In this document: positions 41,461-52,431 of the stretch, piece by piece
How positions within the stretch are numbered: the stretch's first letter is position 1
Layout of the letters: each line of letters opens with the position of its first letter
Sequence record: MN022785.1
DNA length: 64,000 bases
Direction: 5' to 3' (one strand)
Origin: Escherichia phage VEc20
Notes under the pieces: generated by a model
What the model saw: only the letters and a program-made list of their open reading frames with translations
What the model was told of the DNA's origin: nothing
The model's database searches: none
Translations under genes and position numbers: made by a program

Positions 41461-43724
41461 TACAATTTACACGCTGCACAATCTTCAGCTTTTGGAGTTT
41501 CTATTTCATAATCATCAGTACCAGAACCATCGCGGGTATTATGATAATAGAAATTTTTTCCGCCAAAATACCAAAAATACAAAAGGTCATCAATCATTAT
41601 TGACATTGGAACCTTGCCTTTAGGGAAGATTTGGGGGTCATAGTATGTATTCGCCGAAGCTGATTGACAAACCCATTTCAGCATAATAGCTACCTGCGTA
41701 AGATAAGGTTTATTACCTTTCTTAGCTAATTTCCATGTATAGTCGTAAAGGTCTATGTTATGCTCAATATTGGGCACGACCTGATTAAAGGAGCCCTCTT
41801 TTGATTCTTTAACAGAGACTGGTCCACGTGGAGGCTCGATACCGTTTGTACTGTTAGAAACTTGGGAAGATGACTCACATGGCATAAGTGCTGATAATGT
41901 GCTATTACGGATGCCAAAGAGCTTAAGGTCTTCCCGCAGCGACGACCAGTCACAAACGTATTTTGGAGCTGCGATTTGGTCAATCTTTTTATTGTACCAG
42001 TCGATAGGTAATTCGCCTCGAGACCAACGAGTGTCTGAATAATATTCGCAAGGTCCTTTTTCTTTGGCGAGCTTAATGGATGCTTTAATGAGTCCATACT
42101 GTAATCTCTCAAATAGTTCATGTGTTAAATCGTTAGCATCTTCATAAGAAGCAAAGTTACTTGCCAGCCAAGCTGCATAGTTAGTAACACCTACACCGAG
42201 GTTACGACGCTTTTTAGCTTTTTCTGCTTCAGGAACTGGATATCCTTGGTAATCCAAAAGATTATCAAGAGCACGAACTTGGACTTCTGCCAATTCATTA
42301 ATTTTATCTTGGTCTTGCCAATCAAAATTATCCAGTACGAATGCAGAAAGAGTACACAATCCAATTTCAGCATCAGGACTATTCACATCATTTGTTGGAA
42401 TAGCAATTTCACAGCACAAGTTACTCTGACGAATAGGTGCCTTTTCACGAATAAACGGAGTATAGTTATTCGTATTATCAATGAACTGCACATAAATCCT
42501 TGCTGTTCCTGAACGTTCAGTCATGAGCAATTCAAATAGTTCACGGGCTTTAATACGCTTTTTACGAATATTAGGGTCTTTTTCTGCGGCTTCGTATAAT
42601 TCACGGAAACGGTCTTGGTCTTTAAAATAAGAATAATAAAGCTCGCCACCCATTTCATGCGGACTGAACAAAGTAATGTAATCGTTCTTTCCGAATCGTT
42701 CCATCATCAAATCATTCAGCTGAACACCATAATCCATATGACGAATGCGGTTTTCTTCTACGCCTTTGTTATTTTTCAAAACGAGAAGATTTTCAACTTC
42801 CAAATGCCAAATAGGATAATAAGCAGTAGCAGCGCCGCCACGAATTCCACCCTGTGAACATGATTTAACTGCAGTCTGAAAATGTTTCCAAAAAGGAATA
42901 ACACCAGTATGACGTACTTCACCCATGTCAATCTTAGAACCTTCAGCACGAATCATACCAACGTTAATACCAATTCCAGCGCGTTTAGAGATATATTCAA
43001 CAATTGAAGCAGAAGCTTTATTAATTGACTTCAATGAATCACCAGCTTCAATAACAACACATGAACTAAACTGTCGAGTCGGAGTACGGCAACCAGCCAT
43101 AATAGGAGTTGGCAATGAAATCTGTCGAGTAGATACCGCTTCATAAAAACGAATAACATGTTTTAATCTATCAACAGGTTCATCTTGATGCAATGCCATT
43201 CCAATAGTCATAAATGCAAACTGTGGAGTTTCATAAATTTGACCAGTGGTTTTATCTTTAACTAGATATTTTTCTTTTAATTGCATCGCCCCGGAATAAG
43301 TAAATTCCATATCCCGCTCGTGCTTAATTTTTGATTCTAAAAATGTAATTTCTTCTGCTGAATATTTTGACAATAATTCAGGGTCGTATTTACCTTCATT
43401 TACACAGTAAGAAATATGGTCAATAAATGAACGTGGTTCATACTGCCCATAAACATGCTTACGAAGAGCAAACATTAAACAGCGTGCAGCTACATATTGA
43501 TAATCAGGCTCTTCAACCGAAATAGAATTCGCAGCGGCCTTAATGACAATAGTCTGAATATCATCAGTTGTCATTCCATCACGGAGATAAGATTTAATAT
43601 TTTCATATAATTCATAAGGATCTACTGATGTTCCCTCAGCTGCCCAAGATAAAACTTTAATAATTTTTTGCGGGTCAAAGCTCTGAGAAACACCACTACT
43701 TTTGATAACATTAATTAATTGCAT
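41460..43724 (-). CDS. nrdA: ribonucleotide reductase large subunit
   Basis: 754 aa; synteny and resemblance to T4 NrdA. Confidence 0.9.
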   Translation of the reverse strand: MQLINVIKSSGVSQSFDPQKIIKVLSWAAEGTSVDPYELYENIKSYLRDGMTTDDIQTIVIKAAANSISVEEPDYQYVAARCLMFALRKHVYGQYEPRSFIDHISYCVNEGKYDPELLSKYSAEEITFLESKIKHERDMEFTYSGAMQLKEKYLVKDKTTGQIYETPQFAFMTIGMALHQDEPVDRLKHVIRFYEAVSTRQISLPTPIMAGCRTPTRQFSSCVVIEAGDSLKSINKASASIVEYISKRAGIGINVGMIRAEGSKIDMGEVRHTGVIPFWKHFQTAVKSCSQGGIRGGAATAYYPIWHLEVENLLVLKNNKGVEENRIRHMDYGVQLNDLMMERFGKNDYITLFSPHEMGGELYYSYFKDQDRFRELYEAAEKDPNIRKKRIKARELFELLMTERSGTARIYVQFIDNTNNYTPFIREKAPIRQSNLCCEIAIPTNDVNSPDAEIGLCTLSAFVLDNFDWQDQDKINELAEVQVRALDNLLDYQGYPVPEAEKAKKRRNLGVGVTNYAAWLASNFASYEDANDLTHELFERLQYGLIKASIKLAKEKGPCEYYSDTRWSRGELPIDWYNKKIDQIAAPKYVCDWSSLREDLKLFGIRNSTLSALMPCESSSQVSNSTNGIEPPRGPVSVKESKEGSFNQVVPNIEHNIDLYDYTWKLAKKGNKPYLTQVAIMLKWVCQSASANTYYDPQIFPKGKVPMSIMIDDLLYFWYFGGKNFYYHNTRDGSGTDDYEIETPKAEDCAACKL

Positions 43725-44041
43725 AAGTCCTCAACTTGAAAATCGTCTTTAAACAATCGGTTAACTATATGAGCTATTATATCACCATGACACGGCTTTG
43801 GTTTACATGTGCATCCTAGCCTCATTCCGCGTAAAGGCTCTAAATGTGCTTTAGTTATTTCTCCGGATTTAATTCGACGTATAAAATCTTTTTTGAATAA
43901 TTCAATGGCAGCCTCCCGGCTGCCAGCATCTTTACCGACGTAATTTCCCCAAAATGTACCGCGGTGAATATTAATATCAAAGTCGGATTTATATTTATTC
44001 ACTACCTGGCATAGACGGCCCGCGCGACGATAATTCGTCAT
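43715..44041 (-). CDS. hypothetical protein with Cys/His motif
   Basis: 108 aa; [13 protein letters not shown] motif. Confidence 0.5.
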   Translation of the reverse strand: MTNYRRAGRLCQVVNKYKSDFDINIHRGTFWGNYVGKDAGSREAAIELFKKDFIRRIKSGEITKAHLEPLRGMRLGCTCKPKPCHGDIIAHIVNRLFKDDFQVEDLCN

Positions 44042-44270
44042 ATTGTTTTTCCGTTAAAACAGTAATATCATAGTAACAATCAGAAGAAGTTTTAACTGTA
44101 GAAATTTTATTATCAAAATACTCACGAGTCATTTTATGAGTATAATATTTTTTACCATAAATGATAATAGGCTGATTTGGTCCTGGAACTTCTAACTCGC
44201 TTGGGTTAGGAAGTGTAAAAAGAATGGCACCAGAAGTATCTTTAAATCGTAAAATCATATATCCTCTCAA
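43995..44270 (-). CDS. hypothetical protein
   Basis: 91-aa ORF. Confidence 0.45.
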   Translation of the reverse strand: MRGYMILRFKDTSGAILFTLPNPSELEVPGPNQPIIIYGKKYYTHKMTREYFDNKISTVKTSSDCYYDITVLTEKQYDELSSRGPSMPGSE

Positions 44271-44281
44271 TTAAATTAAAA

Positions 44282-44593
44282 TTATACCGCCATTTTTCCT
44301 TTCAAGACACCGTGGGATTGATAATCTTTGAGAACGAAATCTTTAGGCCTAAGTTTAAGAACATATTTTAATTGTTCTTTAGTAGAAAGATATCGGAATT
44401 TATAAGGTAGACCACTTATTACCAGCTCACAAAGCTCTTTAGGTTCACGCCTCAAAATTTCTTTACATTGTTCTACGTGATTCATATAGATATGAGTATT
44501 ACCACCAGAAAATATCAAATCTCCTGGAATAAGATTACACATCTTAGCTACAATATGCGTCAAGGCAGCGTACGAGGCAATGTTGAACGGTAG
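44282..44593 (-). CDS. td: thymidylate synthase, exon 2
   Basis: in-frame continuation LPFNIASYA... after intron; exon1+exon2 = 286 codons. Confidence 0.9.
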   Translation of the reverse strand, partial: LPFNIASYAALTHIVAKMCNLIPGDLIFSGGNTHIYMNHVEQCKEILRREPKELCELVISGLPYKFRYLSTKEQLKYVLKLRPKDFVLKDYQSHGVLKGKMAV

Positions 44594-45609
44594 CATTATG
44601 TTCAGATAAGGTCGTTAATCTTATCCCGGAATTATATCCAGCTGCATGTCACCATGCAGAGCAGACTATATCTCCAACTTGTTAAAGCAAGTTGTCTATC
44701 GTTTCGAGTCACTTGACCCTACTCCCTAAAGGGATAGTCGTTAGGCATTTATGTAGAACCAATTCCACTTATCAGATTTTACACGGTAAGTAACTAATCC
44801 TGATGAAATTTCAAAATGTCTAGCCGCATCGGCTGCACATTCAAAAATAATCCCATCGCATGAAATCTTTTTGATGTTAGCTGGCTTTTTGCCTTTCATC
44901 TTTTCAGATAGTTTAGTTTTAGTTTTTTCTGAATGTTTGTGATTAAAGAACGGGTTATTTTCACCTGAACGTTTTCGGCACTTTCCACAAGTATCGGCCG
45001 AAGATGGTATGCGAACACCGCATTTACAAAACTTGTGGTTTTCTGGATTCCATCGGCCATTTTTACTTCCGTGTTTACCATAAAGAGCTTTCCGACCATC
45101 AGGACCAAGCTTAAGCATCTTAGCTTTAACAGTTTCAGCTCGTTTCTTAGCAATTTCTTCTTTTAATGGATGATTTGAAAGCACATCGCCAAAAGACGCA
45201 TCAGCAATATTATATCCATTAATTTTAGAATTTAGCTCTTTAATCCAAAAATTTTCTCGTTCAATAATCAAATCTTTCTCATATGGAATTTCTTCCAGTA
45301 CAGAGCATTCAAAAACATTACCATGTTTATTAAAAGACCTTTGAAATTTTATAGAAGAGTGAACACCGTTTTCAAGGTCTTTAAAATGTCTCTTCCATCT
45401 TTTCTCAAAATCTTTAGCACTTCCAACATACACTTTACCGTTTAAAGTGTTTTTAATCTGATAAATTCCGCTTTTCATAAACACCTCTTTTTATATAGAA
45501 GTATTTATTAAAGGGTAGTCCTACAATTTAGCACGGGATTGTCTACTAGAGAGGTCCCCCGTTTAGATAGATTACAAGTATAAGTCACCTTATACCTAGG
45601 CCTAAATTA
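44594..45609 (-). mobile_element. td group I self-splicing intron (1016 nt) carrying I-TevI
   Basis: 5' intron sequence TAATTTAGGCCTAGGTATAAGGTGACTTATACTTGTAATCTATCTAAACGGGG... matches T4 td intron from memory; ends in G before exon 2; length 1016 as in T4. Confidence 0.9.
44741..45478 (-). CDS. I-TevI: intron-encoded GIY-YIG homing endonuclease
   Basis: MKSGIYQIKNTLNGKVYVGSAKDFEKRWKRHF... matches I-TevI from memory; 245 aa. Confidence 0.9.
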   Translation of the reverse strand: MKSGIYQIKNTLNGKVYVGSAKDFEKRWKRHFKDLENGVHSSIKFQRSFNKHGNVFECSVLEEIPYEKDLIIERENFWIKELNSKINGYNIADASFGDVLSNHPLKEEIAKKRAETVKAKMLKLGPDGRKALYGKHGSKNGRWNPENHKFCKCGVRIPSSADTCGKCRKRSGENNPFFNHKHSEKTKTKLSEKMKGKKPANIKKISCDGIIFECAADAARHFEISSGLVTYRVKSDKWNWFYINA

Positions 45610-46158
45610 ACCCAAGAAAACATCTACACTGCGTTGATACCACTGCAAATCCAAATAGCCATTACGCACATTAAACTGATAGAACATATGACAAGGCGGT
45701 AATGCCATATATTTAAGTTCAGCTGGATTCCACGCAGAAACAATTTGTCGCCTATCATTCGGCAGTTTTTTAATACGATCAATAACTTCTACAATTTGGT
45801 CTACACCGCCAAAATCACGCCACTGTTTTCCATAAATTGGACCAAGTTCACCGCTATGGTATCCTAAATCTTTTGCTTGATTTTCGTAATTTTCATCCCA
45901 GACTGTTTTGCCTTGAATTAATGAATCATGCTGAATTAATCGTAAATCATTGACATTTGTGCTTCCTGATAAAAACCAAAGTAGCTCAGCAATGCATGCA
46001 TTCCAGGCGAGCTTTTTAGTTGTTACTGCAGGAAAACCTTTACTTAAATCCCAGCGTAATTTAGTACCGAACAAAGCAATTGTTCCTGTGCCTGTTCGAT
46101 CATCGGTTTCATAGCCATTTTCAAAAATGTCTTTAATTAAATCTTGGTATTGTTTCAT
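45610..46158 (-). CDS. td: thymidylate synthase, exon 1
   Basis: 183 codons ending ...VDVFLG at the 5' splice site. Confidence 0.9.
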
Positions 46159-46203
46159 TTAGTACCTTATATAAATTATAATACATTTTATGAAGCTAAA
46201 TAA

Positions 46204-46563
46204 TCAATACGGTTTAGCATCAAATTTTCTTTCGATTTCAGGAGTGAAATATAATTCTTTACCGCGTTTAGAAAAGCGACCAATAATATGATAATTATTC
46301 TCATCAAACGTGATATTACCAATATCCATAGCTTTCAACCAAATATCGATATTTCTATCCAGCTTTATGTCAAAATTCCAATACGGAGAACTATTACCGA
46401 AAATACTGCAAGCGGATTCAGTGAAACAACTGCTATAAATCTTGTCTTTAGGAACTACTAATTGATAGACACCTTTAATAAACTGAGGACCTTGCCATTT
46501 TGGCTGTTTTGCGTCTTTTTCTAATAGAATAGGATAATAATTAAAGTTCATATTTTCCGCCAC
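46204..46563 (-). CDS. hypothetical protein inserted between frd and td
   Basis: 119-aa ORF occupying a junction that I recall as a direct frd/td overlap in T4. Confidence 0.5.
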   Translation of the reverse strand: MAENMNFNYYPILLEKDAKQPKWQGPQFIKGVYQLVVPKDKIYSSCFTESACSIFGNSSPYWNFDIKLDRNIDIWLKAMDIGNITFDENNYHIIGRFSKRGKELYFTPEIERKFDAKPY

Positions 46564-46571
46564 GCGTTATT

Positions 46572-47398
<827 letters not shown>

Positions 47399-47408
47399 AT
47401 TATTTTCC

Positions 47409-47651
47409 TTAAATAGACTTTTTCACAATTTTCCAATCAGCTTTAAACTGCTCGACGTCAGAATGGTAAATCCAGAATCCTGCGCTTTCTCCGTCTTCAT
47501 AAAGAGGACATCCATCACATTCATCTTCCCATCCCATGCCACGTAAAAGGTGTTCAGCTTTTTCAACAAGTTCAGAATCTTTACCGATGATATTAAAATA
47601 CCATTTACCTCTAACTTCTGAATCTTTGATGCTCTGGCGTTGTAATCTCAT
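47409..47651 (-). CDS. hypothetical protein
   Basis: 80-aa ORF. Confidence 0.45.
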   Translation of the reverse strand: MRLQRQSIKDSEVRGKWYFNIIGKDSELVEKAEHLLRGMGWEDECDGCPLYEDGESAGFWIYHSDVEQFKADWKIVKKSI

Positions 47652-47807
47652 TTTATTCTCCTTAGCAAGCTTTAATCAAAAGATATAAACAGACCAACAT
47701 AACTGCTGCCATAATATAAGGTGCGAACATTTTCTTTTCTCCATTAGTTTTGATAGGGTAATAGTATCACACTACTACCCTTCTGTAAACTACTTTTTGA
47801 AAGTTTT

Positions 47808-48155
47808 TCACAAAAGTTCAATGATTTCATCTACATTGTTTTCGTCAACAATGCAGTGAATTTTTGTTACGCCAGAAACTTTGTCTTTGACTTCATCTTC
47901 TTCAGAAGTCGGTTCTTTATACTCACGAAAACAATGAAATTCGTCTTCACAAACGTTAAAGTAAAAATGCTTTCCATTTGCGCATTCAATGTGTTTTATT
48001 ACTCTAAATCCATCAACAAAGAAAGCTTCTTTAACTTCAAACCATCCGCCATTTTCTTGAATAATTTTAACTATTGCTGAATTAGAACGTGGGCGATAAT
48101 TAATAAATGTATCAATAAGTCTTGGAACAAGTTCATACTTTTTACCGATATACAT
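47808..48155 (-). CDS. hypothetical protein
   Basis: 115-aa ORF. Confidence 0.5.
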   Translation of the reverse strand: MYIGKKYELVPRLIDTFINYRPRSNSAIVKIIQENGGWFEVKEAFFVDGFRVIKHIECANGKHFYFNVCEDEFHCFREYKEPTSEEDEVKDKVSGVTKIHCIVDENNVDEIIELL

Positions 48156-48199
48156 TATGTTTTCCTCATTTTAACGGGGCTGTAATAGCCCCTTGATAA

Positions 48200-48490
48200 T
48201 TATTGTTCAATCAATCCCATGTAAAATTCTGCGTCTTCAGAATCCATACCATCACAATATTCATTAGCCATAAAGCGGGTGAGGTCTTCAAGAGGACCTT
48301 CAATAACGATTTGAATACTCCAAAACTTAGAATCTTGCACGCTTGTGATACTAAGTTCAGGATAACGATTACGAATAATTTCTTCGATATATTCAAAATC
48401 AACGATGTCAATATCAACTTTAGCCATATTATTTTCCTCTTTAATCATCAGCAGTATTGCCGATAGTTGTATAGTACCATGGAAGGACAA
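48200..48490 (-). CDS. hypothetical acidic protein
   Basis: 96-aa ORF. Confidence 0.45.
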   Translation of the reverse strand: MSFHGTIQLSAILLMIKEENNMAKVDIDIVDFEYIEEIIRNRYPELSITSVQDSKFWSIQIVIEGPLEDLTRFMANEYCDGMDSEDAEFYMGLIEQ

Positions 48491-48530
48491 GGATGTAAAC
48501 CGTTTTGTGAAAAAATTTTTGAAATAAAAA

Positions 48531-48549
48531 GGGGACCTCTAGGGTCCCC
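48531..48549 (-). terminator. hairpin GGGGACC-TCTAG-GGTCCCC downstream of gene 32
   Basis: perfect 7-bp stem. Confidence 0.45.
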
Positions 48550-48571
48550 AATTAATTAGTAATATAATCTA

Positions 48572-49477
48572 TTAAAGGTCATTCAAAAGGTCATCTAGGT
48601 CCGTGTCATCAGCACTAGATGAACTGCCAGAGCTTGAGCTCATAAAATCATCTTCAGTTTTTGTATTGAAGTCATCAACATTGAATGCATCCAAATCATC
48701 AGCAACTTTATCAGCTTTCTTAGCAGCAGTTGCAGCAGCACCGCCCATCACAGCAGTTCCCATAACTTGACCGAATTTAGTATTCAGTTCTTCAAATGAT
48801 TTGAATTTATCTTTAGAAGTCATTTCAGAAAGGTCAACCATTTGTTCGAACAGTTCTTTCTGGAAAGATTCATCATCAATGTTTGGAATCGCAGATTGAT
48901 TCAGGAATTTAGATTCATCGTAGTTACTAAATCCGGAAACTTGTTTAACTTTCAGTACAAAGTTAGCACCTTCCCACGGACAAGTTACATCAACCGGAGT
49001 TTCACCCATTTCAACATCAACCGCAATCATTGCATTGATTTTATCCCAGATTTTCTTACCGAAACGATATTTAAATACTTTACCTTCATTTTCTGGAGCA
49101 GCTGGGTCTTTTACAACAAGAATATTAGCCCAGTAAGAAGTTTTACGTTTAACAAGACTGTACTCTTTATTGTCAGTGTTGTACAGATCATTTTTACTGA
49201 TGTACTGACATACTGGGCAAGAATCGTAATCACCATGGGTAGATGAACATGTTTCAATATACCATTTACCATTTTTCTTGAAACCGTGATTTACAAGAAT
49301 TGCGAATGGTGCTTGTTCATCATTTTTAGACGGAAGAAAACGAATTACTGCTTGACCGTTACCCGCATTATCGAGTTTCAGTTTCCACTCGCCTTTATCT
49401 TCAGAAGAAAAACCTTTATTGCCATTCAGTTTAGCCATTTGTGCAGCAAGTTCAGCAGTAGATTTACGTTTAAACAT
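48572..49477 (-). CDS. 32: single-stranded DNA-binding protein
   Basis: 301 aa; [23 protein letters not shown]... matches T4 gp32 from memory; acidic C-terminus. Confidence 0.95.
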
Positions 49478-49560
49478 TTTATTTCCTTTTTAATTTAATT
49501 TAATTAACAGTTGGTGCTATGACACTTTACCTCATAGCTGGCATAATTCGCAATACTCTG
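49478..49560 (-). promoter_or_regulatory. gene 32 mRNA leader / translational autoregulatory operator
   Basis: minus strand reads ...AATTAAATTAAATTAAAAAGGAAATAAAATG, the A/U-rich UUAAA-repeat leader known for T4 gene 32. Confidence 0.55.
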
Positions 49561-50164
49561 GGTCTTCGAGAGGTATCCAACCTAAGTTGAAATACTTTAC
49601 CATCGATTTAGCAGTTGTATCAGTTATATTTATATTACCTTTAACTCTTCGCCATCCAGGAGTTTTACCGTACAGATTAGAGGATAATAATAACACATAA
49701 TTCTCGTAAGCAATATGAGATAATTTCCAAGACTCTATATTAGCTCGTGATGTTTTCCAAGGTCTAAAATCGTCACGGTTCATATAATTAGCCAATCTCA
49801 TATGCTCTCTAACTTCCGGGTCTTTGGCTGGATGAGTTTCACCACTCACACCAAATCCACCACCAGCATATACCAGATTAAAATAGTCTGGATTATCTCT
49901 TGCATTTACTTCAAGTTGGTATTTTCGTTCTGCTTCAATAACATCCAAGTCATCATCAATTTGAATTATTTTAACGCTCGGTTTTTGAAGCATTAGCGCA
50001 TTCAAAAATCTTTTTTGTTTACATGAGCTCCAGTATTCCTTTCCGGAAGAGTCATATATTATTCCGTTCTCAAATGAGCAATTTAATTTACTACCGATAT
50101 AATAGTATGGCGGAGTCTTATTTTTGACACGGTCTTCAAATGTAAACCAATATACTATATTCAT
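49532..50164 (-). CDS. segG: GIY-YIG homing endonuclease-like protein between 32 and 59
   Basis: N-terminal NIVYWFTF...YYYIGSK GIY-YIG motif; position as T4 segG. Confidence 0.6.
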   Translation of the reverse strand: MNIVYWFTFEDRVKNKTPPYYYIGSKLNCSFENGIIYDSSGKEYWSSCKQKRFLNALMLQKPSVKIIQIDDDLDVIEAERKYQLEVNARDNPDYFNLVYAGGGFGVSGETHPAKDPEVREHMRLANYMNRDDFRPWKTSRANIESWKLSHIAYENYVLLLSSNLYGKTPGWRRVKGNINITDTTAKSMVKYFNLGWIPLEDPEYCELCQL

Positions 50165-50165
50165 A

Positions 50166-50819
50166 TCAATACTTGCAAGATTTCACAATTTCAATGAAAA
50201 CATTTTTAGCTTTCTGTGAATCAATATTTAAAATTTTTCTATAAGCCTTTAACTTTATAGAATAATTATTCCAGACTAAATTATCAGTCTGTTCATCGTG
50301 TTTATCAATTATATTTAAAAACGAATCAAGCAAGATAAACGTTTCAAACGAAATTATGTTCGATTGAAGTAGTTTAAAAATATAACTTGATTGAACTTTT
50401 GGATTATATTCAAAAATTTCTTTAAAAGCAGAAACTTCAACTTTTTTACTGAAATAGTAAATGTTGCGAATATCTTCTTCAAACTTAAATTTAATTTGCT
50501 TCAAGCGTCCGATATATTCACGATAAAACACAAGTGCATCAGCGTCAGAGATGTCGCCAATCCAAGCATCCTGGTTAGCAACCAGATTGCTTATAAAGAT
50601 TAAAGCAAGTTCCTTTAATTTATATTTTTCTGATAACTTCTGGAAAAAATACTTATCCCTTCGCTTTTGATAAGCGGCATCAGACACCCGCATGCACCAA
50701 TTATACTTAATTACATCATACTTTCCATTCATATGTTGTTTTATCATTAAGTATAATTTATAAACTGATTTACCATCAATATATCTTTCACCACCAGCAG
50801 GCATGCGGAGTTTAATCAT
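50166..50819 (-). CDS. 59: helicase loader
   Basis: 217 aa; matches T4 gp59 from memory. Confidence 0.9.
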   Translation of the reverse strand: MIKLRMPAGGERYIDGKSVYKLYLMIKQHMNGKYDVIKYNWCMRVSDAAYQKRRDKYFFQKLSEKYKLKELALIFISNLVANQDAWIGDISDADALVFYREYIGRLKQIKFKFEEDIRNIYYFSKKVEVSAFKEIFEYNPKVQSSYIFKLLQSNIISFETFILLDSFLNIIDKHDEQTDNLVWNNYSIKLKAYRKILNIDSQKAKNVFIEIVKSCKY

Positions 50820-51154
50820 AGTAGAAAATCTAATGTATTAGTTTTTTCACAACGAACAACAGAAGGACGTAAAAGATTTTCGTCAATAGCTTCTGACTGA
50901 ATTTTTTCAATTATACCCGAAGGAATAAATTTAGCAAATTGAGTTTCAGGAATAGAATTTTCTTCCAAGAATGCTGTTGTAGCTTCAAGATAACTCATTC
51001 CAAACTCTTCTACCATTTTTTCAATAATAAATCCATTTTCTTGACGATCAAGAAGCTTTGCTATTTCATCCTTTTCTTTCTTGATTGAAAGTTCTTTTTC
51101 TGAAAGACCGGTCTCATCGACCGGACGAATATCATTTAGAGAAAACTGTGTCAT
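50816..51154 (-). CDS. 33: late transcription co-activator
   Basis: 112 aa from MTQFSLNDIRPV; matches T4 gp33 from memory. Confidence 0.85.
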   Translation of the reverse strand: MTQFSLNDIRPVDETGLSEKELSIKKEKDEIAKLLDRQENGFIIEKMVEEFGMSYLEATTAFLEENSIPETQFAKFIPSGIIEKIQSEAIDENLLRPSVVRCEKTNTLDFLL

Positions 51155-51401
51155 AAAGTTCAACTACCTCTTCAGTTTCAGCTTCAAACACATCACGGTT
51201 ATCTTTATGATACAAAGCTAACAAACGATTAAACATCTTACCATCAACGCCAAGTTCATCTTTAGCACGAATTCGAATATCTTTAATCAGTTCATTATAA
51301 CCGGAAATTTTCAGTTTATGATCAGATGCTTCTTTAATAAATTTAGCCAAGTCTTCGCCATGGATAGCTTCATCAAATTCAACCATTTCTTTTTTAGCCA
51401 T
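51132..51401 (-). CDS. dsbA: dsDNA-binding protein
   Basis: 89 aa; synteny. Confidence 0.8.
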   Translation of the reverse strand: MAKKEMVEFDEAIHGEDLAKFIKEASDHKLKISGYNELIKDIRIRAKDELGVDGKMFNRLLALYHKDNRDVFEAETEEVVELYDTVFSK

Positions 51402-51409
51402 TATTCACC

Positions 51410-52327
51410 TCAAAATTCATTAATGCTATTAGTTAATTTAGAAAGACCCGCTTTTACAAAATATGAATAAATTTTGCCACGCGGTGGTAATTTATATGAA
51501 TTATAGTAATTCACAATGTTTGAAGCAATATTATCAGGAATATAATCAAAATCAATTAGAACTAAATTTTCTTTATAACGATTATATTCAGATTCTGTGA
51601 GAAGCACCTTAGCTTGCTCACGGTCATTAGCAATAGCTTCAACGATTGAAGTTTTCATTGAAGGAGTTCGTTCACCTTCAACTCTGGTAAACCAAAAGTC
51701 AGATCGTACTTTAACTGAAGCAACGTTATCCTTTTTGTCGCCCTTAAGGATTTTAGTCATACAGTCAATTTCAGCAGAACCGCTTTTAATTTTAACCCAT
51801 TTCTTATGCATCGGTGACCATTGCTTAACATTTGGATATTTGTGAAGCTGTGTAAAGTCACCATCCGATGAAATGATTAAAATCTTATGTCCTTCTAAAG
51901 AGAACTTTTTAACAAGAACAGCAATGTGGTCATCTGCTTCATACTTATCAATATCCATAACAATGTATGGCATATAAGCTTTCAATTCATCTATAACTTT
52001 ATGGCTGGATTCAAAATAACCTTCCCAGTCCCAAGTAGATTCTTCTCGTGCTTTTCCACGGTTTTTCTTGTAATAATACGCGAAATCACGACGCCAATAT
52101 CCAGATTTCGCGTTATCAATACACAGTACAATTTTAGTGTATCCAAGTGTTTTTGCTTTTTTGACATTAAACTTAATTGAGTTCAATATCAAATGACGAA
52201 CCATTGATAAATTAATTTTTTCTTTATCTGGGAAGTTTACCAGAGCAGTTGAAAGAGCAATTTGACTAAAGTCAATAAAGCAAATTCCTTCTTTGTAATC
52301 TTCATCCAGCATCATTTCTAAATCCAT
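51410..52327 (-). CDS. rnh: RNase H (5'-3' exonuclease)
   Basis: 305 aa from MDLEMMLDEDYKEG; matches T4 RNase H from memory. Confidence 0.9.
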   Translation of the reverse strand: MDLEMMLDEDYKEGICFIDFSQIALSTALVNFPDKEKINLSMVRHLILNSIKFNVKKAKTLGYTKIVLCIDNAKSGYWRRDFAYYYKKNRGKAREESTWDWEGYFESSHKVIDELKAYMPYIVMDIDKYEADDHIAVLVKKFSLEGHKILIISSDGDFTQLHKYPNVKQWSPMHKKWVKIKSGSAEIDCMTKILKGDKKDNVASVKVRSDFWFTRVEGERTPSMKTSIVEAIANDREQAKVLLTESEYNRYKENLVLIDFDYIPDNIASNIVNYYNSYKLPPRGKIYSYFVKAGLSKLTNSINEF

Positions 52328-52389
52328 ATGAACCTCGTTCAATTAGTGAGATTTCTATTATATACTATCTAAATCTTAAAGTAAACAGG

Positions 52390-52397
52390 TATAAATA
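52390..52397 (+). promoter_or_regulatory. late promoter motif TATAAATA upstream of gene 34
   Basis: exact TATAAATA about 35 nt upstream of ATG 52432. Confidence 0.55.
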
Positions 52398-52431
52398 CTT
52401 ATTATTGAAAACACAATAGGAGCCCGGGAGA

